Shown: positions 1 to 9,339, counted from the first letter of the stretch. The stretch is DNA of 49,713 nucleotides from Candidatus Coprosoma intestinipullorum (GCA_018713045.1 DVFV01000123.1:1-49713); one strand, 5' to 3'. Made by a program: numbers and translations. Notes: generated from the sequence alone by a model not told the origin.

Positions 1-288
1 ATCTAAATTTAATGTTTTATCAATGTATTTAAAAATATTTTTTGAACTATTAATTCTATAATAAGATAAAATATCGTATATTATTGATAAAAGTTCTACT
101 GCTGTAGTTTTTCCCGATGCGTTTTTGCCGATTATTCCCATGGTACTAAACACATACAGATCTTCAGCGATTTCTTGTAATTCAAACTCTTTATCTGCTG
201 CAGTTTTATTTCCTGTAGGTACAAAAGAGATGGTAAAGTTCTTTTCACATAGTTTAAAATTATTGGCAACTACTTTTAATAATTTCAT
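1..288 (-). CDS. AAA-family (AAA_21/AbiLi-like) ATPase, N-terminal part; runs off the window edge
   Basis: Not in the ORF track. ATG at 288 follows a GGAGG RBS, and the frame is open to position 1: MKLLKVVANNFKLCEKNFTISFVPTG...GIIGKNASGKTTAVELL, with Walker A GKNASGKT. Confidence 0.75.
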   Translation of the reverse strand, partial: MKLLKVVANNFKLCEKNFTISFVPTGNKTAADKEFELQEIAEDLYVFSTMGIIGKNASGKTTAVELLSIIYDILSYYRINSSKNIFKYIDKTLNLD

Positions 289-474
289 TTTAGTTCCTCC
301 TTATTTTATATTTATTATATCATAGCTTATTTTCGAAAAAAACATTTTTTTTGTTTTTTTTGAAAAAATTATATATATAATAACTTGTTTTTTGTGAAAA
401 ATCAAGCTTTTTACTATTATTATATGCTTTTTTATTTTTGTAATACATTTTGATTTTTATGTAAAAAAAGAAAC

Positions 475-1179
475 TTATTTACGTTTAAGTTTCTTTAATT
501 TTTCTTTAGTTTCTTTTGACACTCTTAGTGATTCGCATATTTTACTAATTGTCTTGTTGTATGTAAAGTTATCTAAATCACCGCTTTTTAGGTATTTTAA
601 GGTGATTTCCGGGTATTTTATGTAGCAAATGGAAAGTAACCAGGCAATGGCCATTTTTACGTAATAGTGGTCTTTTTTAACGGTATTACAAGCACTGAAG
701 ATATAGCTTAAGTTTTCCTTTTCTATATAATAATTTAATAGGATAACTAATCCAAATCTTATTTCCCAAGGATTTGAGCTTTGAAGGTATTTTTTAGTTT
801 GATTGATATTTAGTTTTTTGAATATTTTTAGATTGGCGCATGTTACATCACAGGTGGCCCAGTTATCGATATAAGGTATAAAGTCGTCTGTTAGGTTTAG
901 AATGTTATCATCTTTGATGAATCCGAGTAACAGACCATGGATAATGTTTTCTTCGTAATAGGTGTGAGTATTATATTTTATAAATTTTAAATAATCGGTT
1001 TTACTTATTTGACGTGCTATTTCTTTTAATTTGGGTGTTCTGATTCCTAAAACTTTAATCTTTTTGTTTTTGAGTAGTTTTTGATGAAATTTTTGATAAT
1101 TTTTTTCCGATATCGTTTTTAAATATTTGATAAATTTTTGATGAGTTTGTTTGTTCCATTTTATGTTTTGAAAATCCAT
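475..1179 (-). CDS. DNA alkylation repair protein (AlkD-like HEAT repeat)
   Basis: Motifs GIRTPKLK, IDNWATCD and YYVKMAIAWLLS. Confidence 0.85.
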   Translation of the reverse strand: MDFQNIKWNKQTHQKFIKYLKTISEKNYQKFHQKLLKNKKIKVLGIRTPKLKEIARQISKTDYLKFIKYNTHTYYEENIIHGLLLGFIKDDNILNLTDDFIPYIDNWATCDVTCANLKIFKKLNINQTKKYLQSSNPWEIRFGLVILLNYYIEKENLSYIFSACNTVKKDHYYVKMAIAWLLSICYIKYPEITLKYLKSGDLDNFTYNKTISKICESLRVSKETKEKLKKLKRK

Positions 1180-1188
1180 TATTCTTCC

Positions 1189-2076
1189 CTACTTTCCATG
1201 TGGATGAAATTCTTTGTAATTGTTTTGTAATCTTTCGTTGGTTATATGTGTATATATTTGGGTTGAGGAGATGTCGCTGTGACCTAAAAGTTCCTGTATG
1301 CTTCTGAGGTCAGCTCCGTGTTTTAGAAGATGGGTTGCAAATGAATGTCTTAGAGTGTGTGGTGAAAAATCGGTTTTGATGTTTTTTTCTTGGGCAAGTT
1401 TTTTGAGTATTTTGAAAAATCCTTGTCTTGTCATTTTTTCACCGTGATTATTTAGAAATAGATAATTATTTTCACCGTGTTTAAATAAGTTTGCCCGGTG
1501 ATATAAGATATAATTATCTAAGGCCTCACAGGCGTATTCGGTTAAGGGAATTATTCTTTCTTTGGAACCTTTTCCGAATATTTTTACAAGAGCGCTTTTG
1601 GTGTCGACGTCATTTAAGGTTAGGTTTATGAGTTCACTTACTCTTAGGCCACTACTGTACATAAGTTCAAGCATGGCTTTATTGCGAAAATCATAATCGG
1701 TTTTTAAATTGATGTCTAGTAGGTTTTCTATTTCGTCTTCACTTAAAACTTTGGGTAATTTTTGAGCTTTTTTTGGGCTGGAAATAGCCTGCATAGGATT
1801 GATTTTTATCTGATTATTTATTTTTAGGTATTTGTAAAAACTTTTTAGAGTGCTTATAGTTCTGGATATACTGGATGGATTTAAATCTTTAAGGTCGTCT
1901 TGAATGTATTTTTGAATATCTTTTTTTTCTAATTTAGTGAAGTCTTTTTTTATGACTTTGTCTAACTTAATTAGGTCTTCTTTATATGAGGAGATGGTAT
2001 TTTTACTGTATTTTTTTTCAAACATTAGATAGCTTTCAAATTCGTCTATAAGAGTTTGGTTTATTTCTGATTTCAT
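1189..2076 (-). CDS. xerD: Site-specific tyrosine recombinase XerD
   Basis: Catalytic motifs GLRVSEL, GKGSKER, HTLRHSFATH and LGHSDISSTQIY. Start moved to ATG 2076 after the AGGTGA RBS. Confidence 0.85.
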   Translation of the reverse strand: MKSEINQTLIDEFESYLMFEKKYSKNTISSYKEDLIKLDKVIKKDFTKLEKKDIQKYIQDDLKDLNPSSISRTISTLKSFYKYLKINNQIKINPMQAISSPKKAQKLPKVLSEDEIENLLDINLKTDYDFRNKAMLELMYSSGLRVSELINLTLNDVDTKSALVKIFGKGSKERIIPLTEYACEALDNYILYHRANLFKHGENNYLFLNNHGEKMTRQGFFKILKKLAQEKNIKTDFSPHTLRHSFATHLLKHGADLRSIQELLGHSDISSTQIYTHITNERLQNNYKEFHPHGK

Positions 2077-2160
2077 ATTGGTCACCTTATATTTATTTTA
2101 ACACAAATTCTTGTTTTATTATAGCTTGATTTGATGTTATAATATTTGGTGGTGATGTTT

Positions 2161-3366
2161 ATGAGACCACTTGCAGATATGGTGCGGCCGGCGAAGTTAG
2201 AAGAGGTTGCCGGACAGAAGCATTTAGTTGGTAAGGGTTCAGTTCTTTATAATTTGGTTAATCATAAAAAGATATTTTCAATGATTTTGTATGGGCCTCC
2301 AGGAACTGGCAAAACAACTTTAGCTTATGTTTTGATCAATGAACTTAATTTAGAATGTGAATTTTTAAATGCAGTTATTAATAGTAAGAAAGACTTTGAT
2401 ATGGTAATTTTGAAGGCTAAGGAAAAAGGCGGTCTTGTTTTGATAATGGATGAGATTCACCGGCTTAATAAGGATAAGCAGGATTTACTTCTCCCCTATT
2501 TGGAAAATGGTTTGATTACTTTAATAGGTTTAACAACGTCTAATCCTTATCATGCGATAAATCCGGCGATTAGAAGTAGATGTCAACTTTTTGAGTTAAA
2601 GCCTTTGAGTAGTGAGGATATTGTTTTAGCTTTAAAAAGGGCTTTGCCGGCGCTTGATAATATAAAAATCAGTGATGAGGCTTTGGATTATATTGCTTTT
2701 CTATCTGGCGGGGATATGAGATACGGATATAATTTGTTAGAGGTTGCATATTATGCTTCTGATGATTACAATGTCGATTTGGATGTTTTGAAGAGAATAA
2801 GTAATAAACCTAGTTTATATATCGATAAGAACGACGATGGTTATTATGATGTGATAAGCGCGCTTCAGAAATCGATCAGAGGTAGCGATGTCAATGCTTC
2901 TTTACATTATTTGGCTAGACTTATCGTGGCTGAAGATTTGGATATTATTTTTAGAAGACTTTCAGTGATTGCTTATGAAGATATCGGTCTTGCTAATCCG
3001 GCGATTGGCCCAAGACTTGAAGCGGCAATTAGGGCAGCTGAACGAACAGGTCTTCCTGAGGCGAGAATTCCACTTGGGGAGATAGTTATAGATATGGCTT
3101 TATCTCCTAAGTCTAATAGTTCAGAATGCGCGATAGATGCAGCAATAAACGATGTAAAGATGGGAAATATAGGAAAGGTTCCAAAGCATATTACAACGAA
3201 TTCAAAGGATTATAAATATCCACACAATTATAAGGGAAGTTTTGTAAAACAGCAATATTTACCCGATGAACTTAAGGGCCGACGCTATTATAATCCAAAG
3301 ATGACTAGTAAGTATGAGGCTAATCTAAAGATGAGATACGATAAAATAAATAAAGCTATGGAGTGA
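2161..3366 (+). CDS. rarA: Replication-associated recombination protein A (RarA/MgsA)
   Basis: MRPLADMVRP, GPPGTGKTT, DEIHR, SALQKSIRGSD and YKYPH. Confidence 0.93.
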   Translation: MRPLADMVRPAKLEEVAGQKHLVGKGSVLYNLVNHKKIFSMILYGPPGTGKTTLAYVLINELNLECEFLNAVINSKKDFDMVILKAKEKGGLVLIMDEIHRLNKDKQDLLLPYLENGLITLIGLTTSNPYHAINPAIRSRCQLFELKPLSSEDIVLALKRALPALDNIKISDEALDYIAFLSGGDMRYGYNLLEVAYYASDDYNVDLDVLKRISNKPSLYIDKNDDGYYDVISALQKSIRGSDVNASLHYLARLIVAEDLDIIFRRLSVIAYEDIGLANPAIGPRLEAAIRAAERTGLPEARIPLGEIVIDMALSPKSNSSECAIDAAINDVKMGNIGKVPKHITTNSKDYKYPHNYKGSFVKQQYLPDELKGRRYYNPKMTSKYEANLKMRYDKINKAME

Positions 3367-3378
3367 TTCCGTAGCTTT
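3352..3378. terminator. Bidirectional intrinsic terminator between rarA and holA
   Basis: Hairpin AAAGCTATGGA-GTGAT-TCCGTAGCTTT between convergent stops. Confidence 0.65.
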
Positions 3379-4297
3379 ATTCGTTTAATAGAAATAATTC
3401 AAGTGCGAGATTTTTATCTGTTTTACCTGTTTTAATGGCGATATCGATATCGGCTAAAGCATTTAAATAGTTGAGTAAGGTTTCAGCTTTATATTTTTTT
3501 CCTTTTTGAAGTGCTAATTTGACCCGGTATGGATGAACTTTTAGAACTTCTGAAATATTTTTTTCACTATAACCTTTTTTAGCTAGTTCTTTAGCTTGAT
3601 ACATAAGTCTAAATTGACTGGCAAGCAGAATTACAATTTTTAACGGTTCTTCGTTTACTTTAAGCATTTCATTATATATTTCTAGTGCTTCATCTTTGTT
3701 TTTCATAACGATGTCGTCAATTAATTTGAAAATGTCGATTTCAGGTCTTTTAGTGGTTAAATTTAAGATGTCTTCTTTGGTGACGGTTTTATCGTCTTTG
3801 TATAGTTTGATTTTATTAACTTCGTTTTCTAAAATTAAGGGGTTCGTTCCTACTCTATCGATTAAAAGGTTTATGTTCGATGAAGTAATGTTATAACCGT
3901 TTAAAAGATTTCTAACGAGACTATTTGGGGTCTCATTTTGATTGAATGATATTAATTTGTAATCTTTTTTGATTTTTTTGGTTATTTTTTTGCGTTCATC
4001 GATTTTTTCTTCGTTTATGGTAAATATCAATATGGTATTGGGATTGATGTCGGCTAGATAGTTTTCAAGTATTTCTAAATCTCCATTACCTGATGAGGTA
4101 AATATTGTTGCATTTTCAGCAATAACAACTTTATTGTCGGCAAACATCGAAAATGTTTCGGCATCACTTATGACGTCTTTGATATCATCTTCGGTTAAAT
4201 CATGTTTGCTGATATTCATTTTATCGAAATCTTTTGTTATTTTTTCTATTTCTTTTTGAATGGCAAAATCATTTGTGCCATAAAGTAGATACACCAT
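3377..4297 (-). CDS. holA: DNA polymerase III delta subunit
   Basis: MVYLLYG start after an AGGTGA RBS; HPYRVKLA and DIAIKTG..LALELFLL C-terminus. Confidence 0.9.
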   Translation of the reverse strand: MVYLLYGTNDFAIQKEIEKITKDFDKMNISKHDLTEDDIKDVISDAETFSMFADNKVVIAENATIFTSSGNGDLEILENYLADINPNTILIFTINEEKIDERKKITKKIKKDYKLISFNQNETPNSLVRNLLNGYNITSSNINLLIDRVGTNPLILENEVNKIKLYKDDKTVTKEDILNLTTKRPEIDIFKLIDDIVMKNKDEALEIYNEMLKVNEEPLKIVILLASQFRLMYQAKELAKKGYSEKNISEVLKVHPYRVKLALQKGKKYKAETLLNYLNALADIDIAIKTGKTDKNLALELFLLNE

Positions 4298-4384
4298 ATT
4301 ATCACCTTTTTCATTGTAACATATTTTGTTTTGAATAACAATGAACAATGTACTTGATTTATAAACTAATAAAGAAGCCTCTTT

Positions 4385-5839
4385 TTAATTATGAGACTTC
4401 TTTTTGGTTTGCTCGATTTTTTTGATTTCGAAGTAGAATGTCGATCCTTTTTTACTTGTTTTAACACCATAATTACTGCCGTGACTTTGAAGTATTTGTT
4501 TAACAATCGACAATCCTAATCCTGTTCCATAACTGTTTCGTTTGTGTTTTTTATCACTATGATAGTAACGGTCCCAGATATGGGCAAGTTCTTCTTTTTT
4601 AATACCTTTTCCGGTATCGATGATTTCAATTAAGTATGTATCTTTTTGTTCTTTGATGTTGATGGTAACTGTTTTATCTTCGCCGGTATAATTGATTGCA
4701 TTGTTAACTAGGTTATAAATTACTTGATAGATTCGTTTATAATCTGCTTCGACGATGACTTTATCTGGATGATTGAAGACGAAGTTGTATTGTTCTTTAA
4801 CGGTTAATATGTTAAATTTATCGATTATTTGATAGATTAAATCATTCAAATCTATTTTTTCGATTTTTAACGGTGTCGCTTTAGCTTGAAGGGCTGATAA
4901 ATCTAAGATGTCATTAACTAGTAAGGTTAAACGGTCGGTTTCTTCGATGATGGTATTTAAGTTTTCTTCGCGTTTTTCTTTTTTATCATAGTTAATGTCT
5001 CTAATTAATTCGGCATAAGCTTTGATCATCGTAAGCGGTGTTTTAAGATCATGACCGACATTAGCCATCAGGTCTCTTTGAAGTTTTTCGGTTTTGGATA
5101 GTTCTTCTTTGGCGTAGTTTAATGAATCTGTCAGTTCGTTTATTTCATATATATTTGAGTTAGTTGTGAAATCAGTACTAAAGTTTCGATCTGCAAGTTT
5201 ACGGGCATTTTCACTTATTTGAATAATTGGTTTAGAGATACTTTTAGATATGAAATATCCAACGATTAGTGACAGAATCAAAACTCCGATGGTTGTATAA
5301 ATAAACTGACTAGATAGAATTTGAATGGTCGAATCTAGGGGTTCGATGGATGCATTAATGAAGGCATATGTTGTACTGTCTAATTTTAAAGCATAAATCA
5401 AGGTTTCTTTTTTAAAGTCTTGGTTAATTAAGCTGTAGTGCTGTTCTTCAAGGCCACTATTTAAAAAATCTTTTTTTACTTTGAAGTTTTTGTTACCAAA
5501 TTCCATGCATCCTTGATTATAAATGCTGGAAATGTATGAACTATTTGCTCCATATATTTCGATGCAAATATCACGACTTTTGGCAATTTCTTCGATGGCT
5601 GAGAGACTTAAGTAATTGTTGTCTTCTTTTAATTCACTGGCTGCTTGATTTAAGTCGTTTGTTTTACGATATTTATAATAGGTTCCTAAAAATAGCGTTT
5701 GAAATAGCCATAATGATAAAAGAATTATAATAGAAAAAGATATTAAAAATAGCCAAATTTTGGTGGTTAAGCCATTTGGTTTGGTATTTTTAATGTTTGA
5801 TAGGATTTTTTTGAATCCATTTTTAATCTTTTGGAACAA
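4385..5839 (-). CDS. Membrane sensor histidine kinase (2 TM, HAMP, HisKA, HATPase)
   Basis: HDLKTPL H-box, NLVNNAINY N-box, DTGKGI and GTGLGLSIV. Confidence 0.93.
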   Translation of the reverse strand: MFQKIKNGFKKILSNIKNTKPNGLTTKIWLFLISFSIIILLSLWLFQTLFLGTYYKYRKTNDLNQAASELKEDNNYLSLSAIEEIAKSRDICIEIYGANSSYISSIYNQGCMEFGNKNFKVKKDFLNSGLEEQHYSLINQDFKKETLIYALKLDSTTYAFINASIEPLDSTIQILSSQFIYTTIGVLILSLIVGYFISKSISKPIIQISENARKLADRNFSTDFTTNSNIYEINELTDSLNYAKEELSKTEKLQRDLMANVGHDLKTPLTMIKAYAELIRDINYDKKEKREENLNTIIEETDRLTLLVNDILDLSALQAKATPLKIEKIDLNDLIYQIIDKFNILTVKEQYNFVFNHPDKVIVEADYKRIYQVIYNLVNNAINYTGEDKTVTINIKEQKDTYLIEIIDTGKGIKKEELAHIWDRYYHSDKKHKRNSYGTGLGLSIVKQILQSHGSNYGVKTSKKGSTFYFEIKKIEQTKKKSHN

Positions 5840-6488
5840 ATTTATAACCTACTCCTCTAACTGTGATTATTAAATCACGATATTTACCAAGGCTATTTCG
5901 AAGCATTTTAACGTGAGTATCAATGGTTCGATCATCACCGTAAAAGTCATATCCCCAGATTTTATTTAGCAGTTGGTTACGTGATAGAGCGATGTTTTGG
6001 TTCTCAATCATATAGACTAAAAGTTCGTATTCTTTTAGGGTTAGTTTTATTTCTTCGTCGTCAATAGTTACGGCGTGAGCTTTAAAGTCAACTTTTAAAT
6101 CGTGATATTGATATATATCTTCAGGGGTATTTTTAGTTCTTTTGAGAATGGCTTTGATACGGGCGATTAATTCTTTTGGACTAAATGGTTTGGTTAAATA
6201 ATCGTCTGTTCCAAGGTCGAAACCTCTTAATTTATCATATTCTTCGGTTCTAGCTGATAAGATAATGACTGGAATGTTTTTTTCTTTTTTTAATGTTTCG
6301 AGAAAAGACATGCCATCCATTTTGGGCATCATGATATCTAGGACAATTAAATCAATGTTTTGCTTGTTTATTATATCTAGAGCCTCTAGACCGTTTTCAG
6401 CTTCTAAACATTCAAAATTTTCTTCTTCAGCGTATGTTTTGATAACGTCTCTAATTAGCTTTTCATCATCGACAATTAATATTTTCAT
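5823..6488 (-). CDS. OmpR-family response regulator
   Basis: ILIVDDE, LDIMMP, DDYLTKPF and winged helix RTIDTHVKMLR...TVRGVGY; overlaps the kinase start. Confidence 0.95.
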   Translation of the reverse strand: MKILIVDDEKLIRDVIKTYAEEENFECLEAENGLEALDIINKQNIDLIVLDIMMPKMDGMSFLETLKKEKNIPVIILSARTEEYDKLRGFDLGTDDYLTKPFSPKELIARIKAILKRTKNTPEDIYQYHDLKVDFKAHAVTIDDEEIKLTLKEYELLVYMIENQNIALSRNQLLNKIWGYDFYGDDRTIDTHVKMLRNSLGKYRDLIITVRGVGYKFVPKD

Positions 6489-6559
6489 AGGCAGTCCTCC
6501 TTCTAATAATAATATACCATAAATATGTAAGAAAAGTGAAATAAAGAGATTATTGGATA

Positions 6560-6672
6560 GAACAAAATACCAAAATAAATTTTGGCATTAGCTTACCTCA
6601 CGGTAAGCTCTTTCTACTTCGACGGAACCTAAGGCTCCTCCATAGACCAATATCGGATGGTCGCCACCCTAA
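6560..6672 (-). ncRNA. Putative TnpB omega-RNA (reRNA) scaffold / IS200-IS605 right end
   Basis: GC-richer segment downstream of tnpB with successive hairpins: GGGTGG-CGA-CCATCC, CTATGGAG..GGAGCC-TTA-GGTTCC..GAAGTAG, AGCTTACC-GTGA-GGTAAGCT and ATGCCAAAAT-TT-ATTTTGGTAT, then TTTGTTC. Boundaries are approximate. Confidence 0.7.
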
Positions 6673-6702
6673 TTTATATTATTTGTTTGTCAAAATTTAT
6701 GT

Positions 6703-7851
6703 TTAAATAGATTGTTCTAAATATAACATGTGTTTTTCTAAACCTTTAAACATTATATTAACTGCTGCATTATAATCACGACTATGCTCTGTATGACATT
6801 CTGGACATTCCCACTTTCTTATACTTAAATCTTTTACTTCTCTATTTTGATAATTACACACACTGCATATCTGACTACTTGGATAATATCTGTCTATTTG
6901 TATTAATCTTTTATTATTCCAATTAGCTTTGTATTTAAGTACTCTAATTATCTCTGATATTGGGTTTTCGTTTAAGCCTTTGGCTATATAATGATTCTTT
7001 TGCATTCTTTTAACATCTAAATCTTCAGTTACTATAATGTCATTTTCATTTATCAATTTATTTGTTATATCATGTATCATATGCTTTCTTGCATTTCTTA
7101 TTTTTTGATATAATCTTTGTATTTTTAGTTTCATCTTATATCTATTTTTACTTCCTTTTTTACATCTAGCTAAGCCTCGTTGTAAACCCATCATTCTTTT
7201 TGTATTGAGTTTAATCTTATTTTCTATTTTCTCATTATAACTTGTTACTATTAAATCTTTTATTCCTAAATCTATGCCTATTATACTTGTTGGAATAAAT
7301 GACGGTCTTATTAACTCTTCTTCTATTAAAACACTTACATAATATTTACCAGCATCTTTTTTAATAACTGCACTTTTAACCTCACCAGGTATCACTTTTT
7401 TATTTCTATATCCTCTTATCTTTACTTCCTTTAATTTTGGTAGGGTTATTATTTTATTTTTTAAATCTAGTTTTATACTGTTATAATTATTTCCTTTATA
7501 ACTACTTTTAATATTATTAGTTTTATAGCTTTCATGTACTCCTTTTGCTTTAAATTTTGGGTATCCACTTCCGTCAAAGAAATTCTTATATGCATTATCT
7601 AAATTTAATAAGCTATTTCTAAGTGCACAGCTATCTACTTCTTTTAAAAATGGATATTCTTTAGAAAGTGATGGTATTAATTTTATTTGGTCATAAGCTG
7701 ATTTACTTTTTCCAGTTTCTTTATATTCTTTTATTTTATCATCTAAGAAATGATTATATATAAATCTAGAGCATCCAATAATTTTATTAATTAATTCTTC
7801 TTGTTTTTCATTTGGATACATTCTAAATACATAGCCTTTTAGTATTTCCAT
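6703..7851 (-). CDS. tnpB: RNA-guided endonuclease TnpB (IS200/IS605 OrfB)
   Basis: HTH start (YVFRMYPNEKQ..GCSRFIYN), RuvC-I GIDLG, RuvC-II IVTEDL, Zn ribbon CSVC/CPEC and RuvC-III RDYNAAVNI. Start at ATG 7851 after GAAGGTGG. Confidence 0.95.
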   Translation of the reverse strand: MEILKGYVFRMYPNEKQEELINKIIGCSRFIYNHFLDDKIKEYKETGKSKSAYDQIKLIPSLSKEYPFLKEVDSCALRNSLLNLDNAYKNFFDGSGYPKFKAKGVHESYKTNNIKSSYKGNNYNSIKLDLKNKIITLPKLKEVKIRGYRNKKVIPGEVKSAVIKKDAGKYYVSVLIEEELIRPSFIPTSIIGIDLGIKDLIVTSYNEKIENKIKLNTKRMMGLQRGLARCKKGSKNRYKMKLKIQRLYQKIRNARKHMIHDITNKLINENDIIVTEDLDVKRMQKNHYIAKGLNENPISEIIRVLKYKANWNNKRLIQIDRYYPSSQICSVCNYQNREVKDLSIRKWECPECHTEHSRDYNAAVNIMFKGLEKHMLYLEQSI

Positions 7852-7960
7852 ATGACCACCTTCTATCATTGTTGCAACGAGTATATCACGAATAGTTACA
7901 CTCCGTCAATAACTTTTTGCAACCTTTTACCTTTTACAAAGCAAATTCCTAGTAAATAAA

Positions 7961-7987
7961 AAAAATACTAGAAAACCTAGTATTTTT
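7961..7987 (-). terminator. Intrinsic terminator after the 125-aa orphan
   Basis: AAAAATACTAG-AAAAC-CTAGTATTTTT with a T-run on the minus strand. Confidence 0.7.
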
Positions 7988-8363
7988 AAGCAGCTAAAGT
8001 AAGCGCTGGTTTGATTAATCTAACTTTAACTTTAGCATGATGGTCACCGATTTCTTTGACTGTTTTTTTGTTAGTTATTCTTCTAATTGGCGCATCTGGT
8101 TTAGAAACTTCGTATGGTTTCATCTTTTTAAATTGGTGTTTTAAGACACTTAAGTTTGGAACAGCAACTGTTACGGTAACTATTTCCGGGTTATATTTAT
8201 TGATAAAATCATTTAAGAATTTTAACTCTTCTTTATCTAAGTTTTCAATGTTAATTACATAACTATAGATTTTGTTTATGTAATTTTCGTCAGGAGTTTG
8301 AACACTTTTTAAGTAATTTTCTGTAGCTTTTTTAACGTTTTTTAATGTATCTAATATATTCAT
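7986..8363 (-). CDS. Hypothetical protein ending AKVKVRLIKPALTLAA
   Basis: AGGAGG RBS, consensus promoter and its own terminator; no family recognised. Confidence 0.8.
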   Translation of the reverse strand: MNILDTLKNVKKATENYLKSVQTPDENYINKIYSYVINIENLDKEELKFLNDFINKYNPEIVTVTVAVPNLSVLKHQFKKMKPYEVSKPDAPIRRITNKKTVKEIGDHHAKVKVRLIKPALTLAA

Positions 8364-8389
8364 ATTCTTCCTCCTTACATGGCTATTTA

Positions 8390-8418
8390 ATTATAATATT
8401 AAAGTAAACTTTTGTCAA
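8390..8418 (-). promoter_or_regulatory. SigmaA consensus promoter
   Basis: TTGACA-17 nt-TATAAT upstream of the 8363 start. Confidence 0.75.
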
Positions 8419-8433
8419 ATTTAGGTATTAAAG

Positions 8434-9339
8434 TTATTTTTGCTTGACAATTTGTTTTTTAGCTTCTTTGGCGAATTCTTTGGTTTCTTGTCTTTTATGA
8501 CTTTGGCGATATAGTTCAATTAGTTTGTTTATTAATTTGTGATAAAATATATGATCATTTGGATGAATAGCTACGTAATCTATTTTTAAAACGATGTTGA
8601 TTGCGTCTTTAATATCCATAGATTTTGTAAGTTCTAGAATTAGATTTTCTAAGCAGGCATTAAAATAATCTGTTTCCATATCTTTAGGATTTTGGTAGAA
8701 TTTTTCAATGAGACTAGATAATCTTACTAATTTTGGAGAATTAATAGCCACTTGCTGGAAATAGCGTTGATTTAAAATTTCGGTATATCCTTCATCTAAT
8801 CCGTTGCCAATTTCATATGAGTCTTTTTTGAATGTTCCATAAGTGTGAAAACCGTTTGTTTTGGCGTGCTGATTGTTAGAAGAAAGGTGCAAAAGGTCGT
8901 GGGTTAGGGTTTCAGGTAATTGGGTATAAATGGTTATTTTGTTTTTTGTTTGATCGTAAAATGACTGAAAAACACATTTCTTTTTCTTTTTGCTGTCATT
9001 TATATCTAGGGTTGCAAATTGAATGTTACTAACGAAATTACGAAGGTTTTCAGGTGATGTGTGTCTTGTAAGTTCACGGTAGAATTCATAGATTGCTTCA
9101 TTGCTTTGCTTTAATTTGTTTTCTACTCTTTTAAATATTTCCTGTTCTTCTTTATTTAAAACTGCATATTTTTCTTTAACAAAAAGCGTATTTTGATTTT
9201 CCTTTACGGCTTCATTTAAGGTCTCTTCATATTTTTTAAGAACTAGTTTTGTTTTCTTTCTGCAGGTGTGCTGATAATAGACTACTCCTCCAACAAATAC
9301 ATAGGCTAAAATGTCACCAGATATAAGCCATTCTTTCAT
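8434..9339 (-). CDS. Membrane-anchored gluzincin-like protein, paralogue 3 (HDLLH variant)
   Basis: N-terminal hydrophobic segment; HDLLHLSS...GNGLDEGYTE. Confidence 0.7.
   Translation of the reverse strand: MKEWLISGDILAYVFVGGVVYYQHTCRKKTKLVLKKYEETLNEAVKENQNTLFVKEKYAVLNKEEQEIFKRVENKLKQSNEAIYEFYRELTRHTSPENLRNFVSNIQFATLDINDSKKKKKCVFQSFYDQTKNKITIYTQLPETLTHDLLHLSSNNQHAKTNGFHTYGTFKKDSYEIGNGLDEGYTEILNQRYFQQVAINSPKLVRLSSLIEKFYQNPKDMETDYFNACLENLILELTKSMDIKDAINIVLKIDYVAIHPNDHIFYHKLINKLIELYRQSHKRQETKEFAKEAKKQIVKQK

Larger units (their letters stand above)
6560..7940 (-). mobile_element. Non-autonomous IS200/IS605-family (IS1341-like) element: tnpB only, no tnpA
   Basis: tnpB plus a structured right end; no room for a transposase before the upstream gene's terminator. 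Ends are estimated. Confidence 0.7.

Noticed and set aside
125-325. 66-aa plus-strand ORF in the track
   Set aside because: It is antisense to the minus-strand ATPase (1-288), which has an RBS and a Walker A motif.
300-474. Very AT-rich intergenic stretch as an origin or repeat array
   Set aside because: Only homopolymer runs; I saw no DnaA-box cluster or regular repeat.
1189-2076. Tyrosine recombinase as a prophage or ICE integrase
   Set aside because: Length and motifs match chromosomal XerD; no phage genes, att repeats or tRNA nearby.
6703-7851. TnpB as a nuclease-dead TldR-type regulator or a Cas12f with an array
   Set aside because: All three RuvC acidic residues are present and no repeat-spacer array is adjacent.
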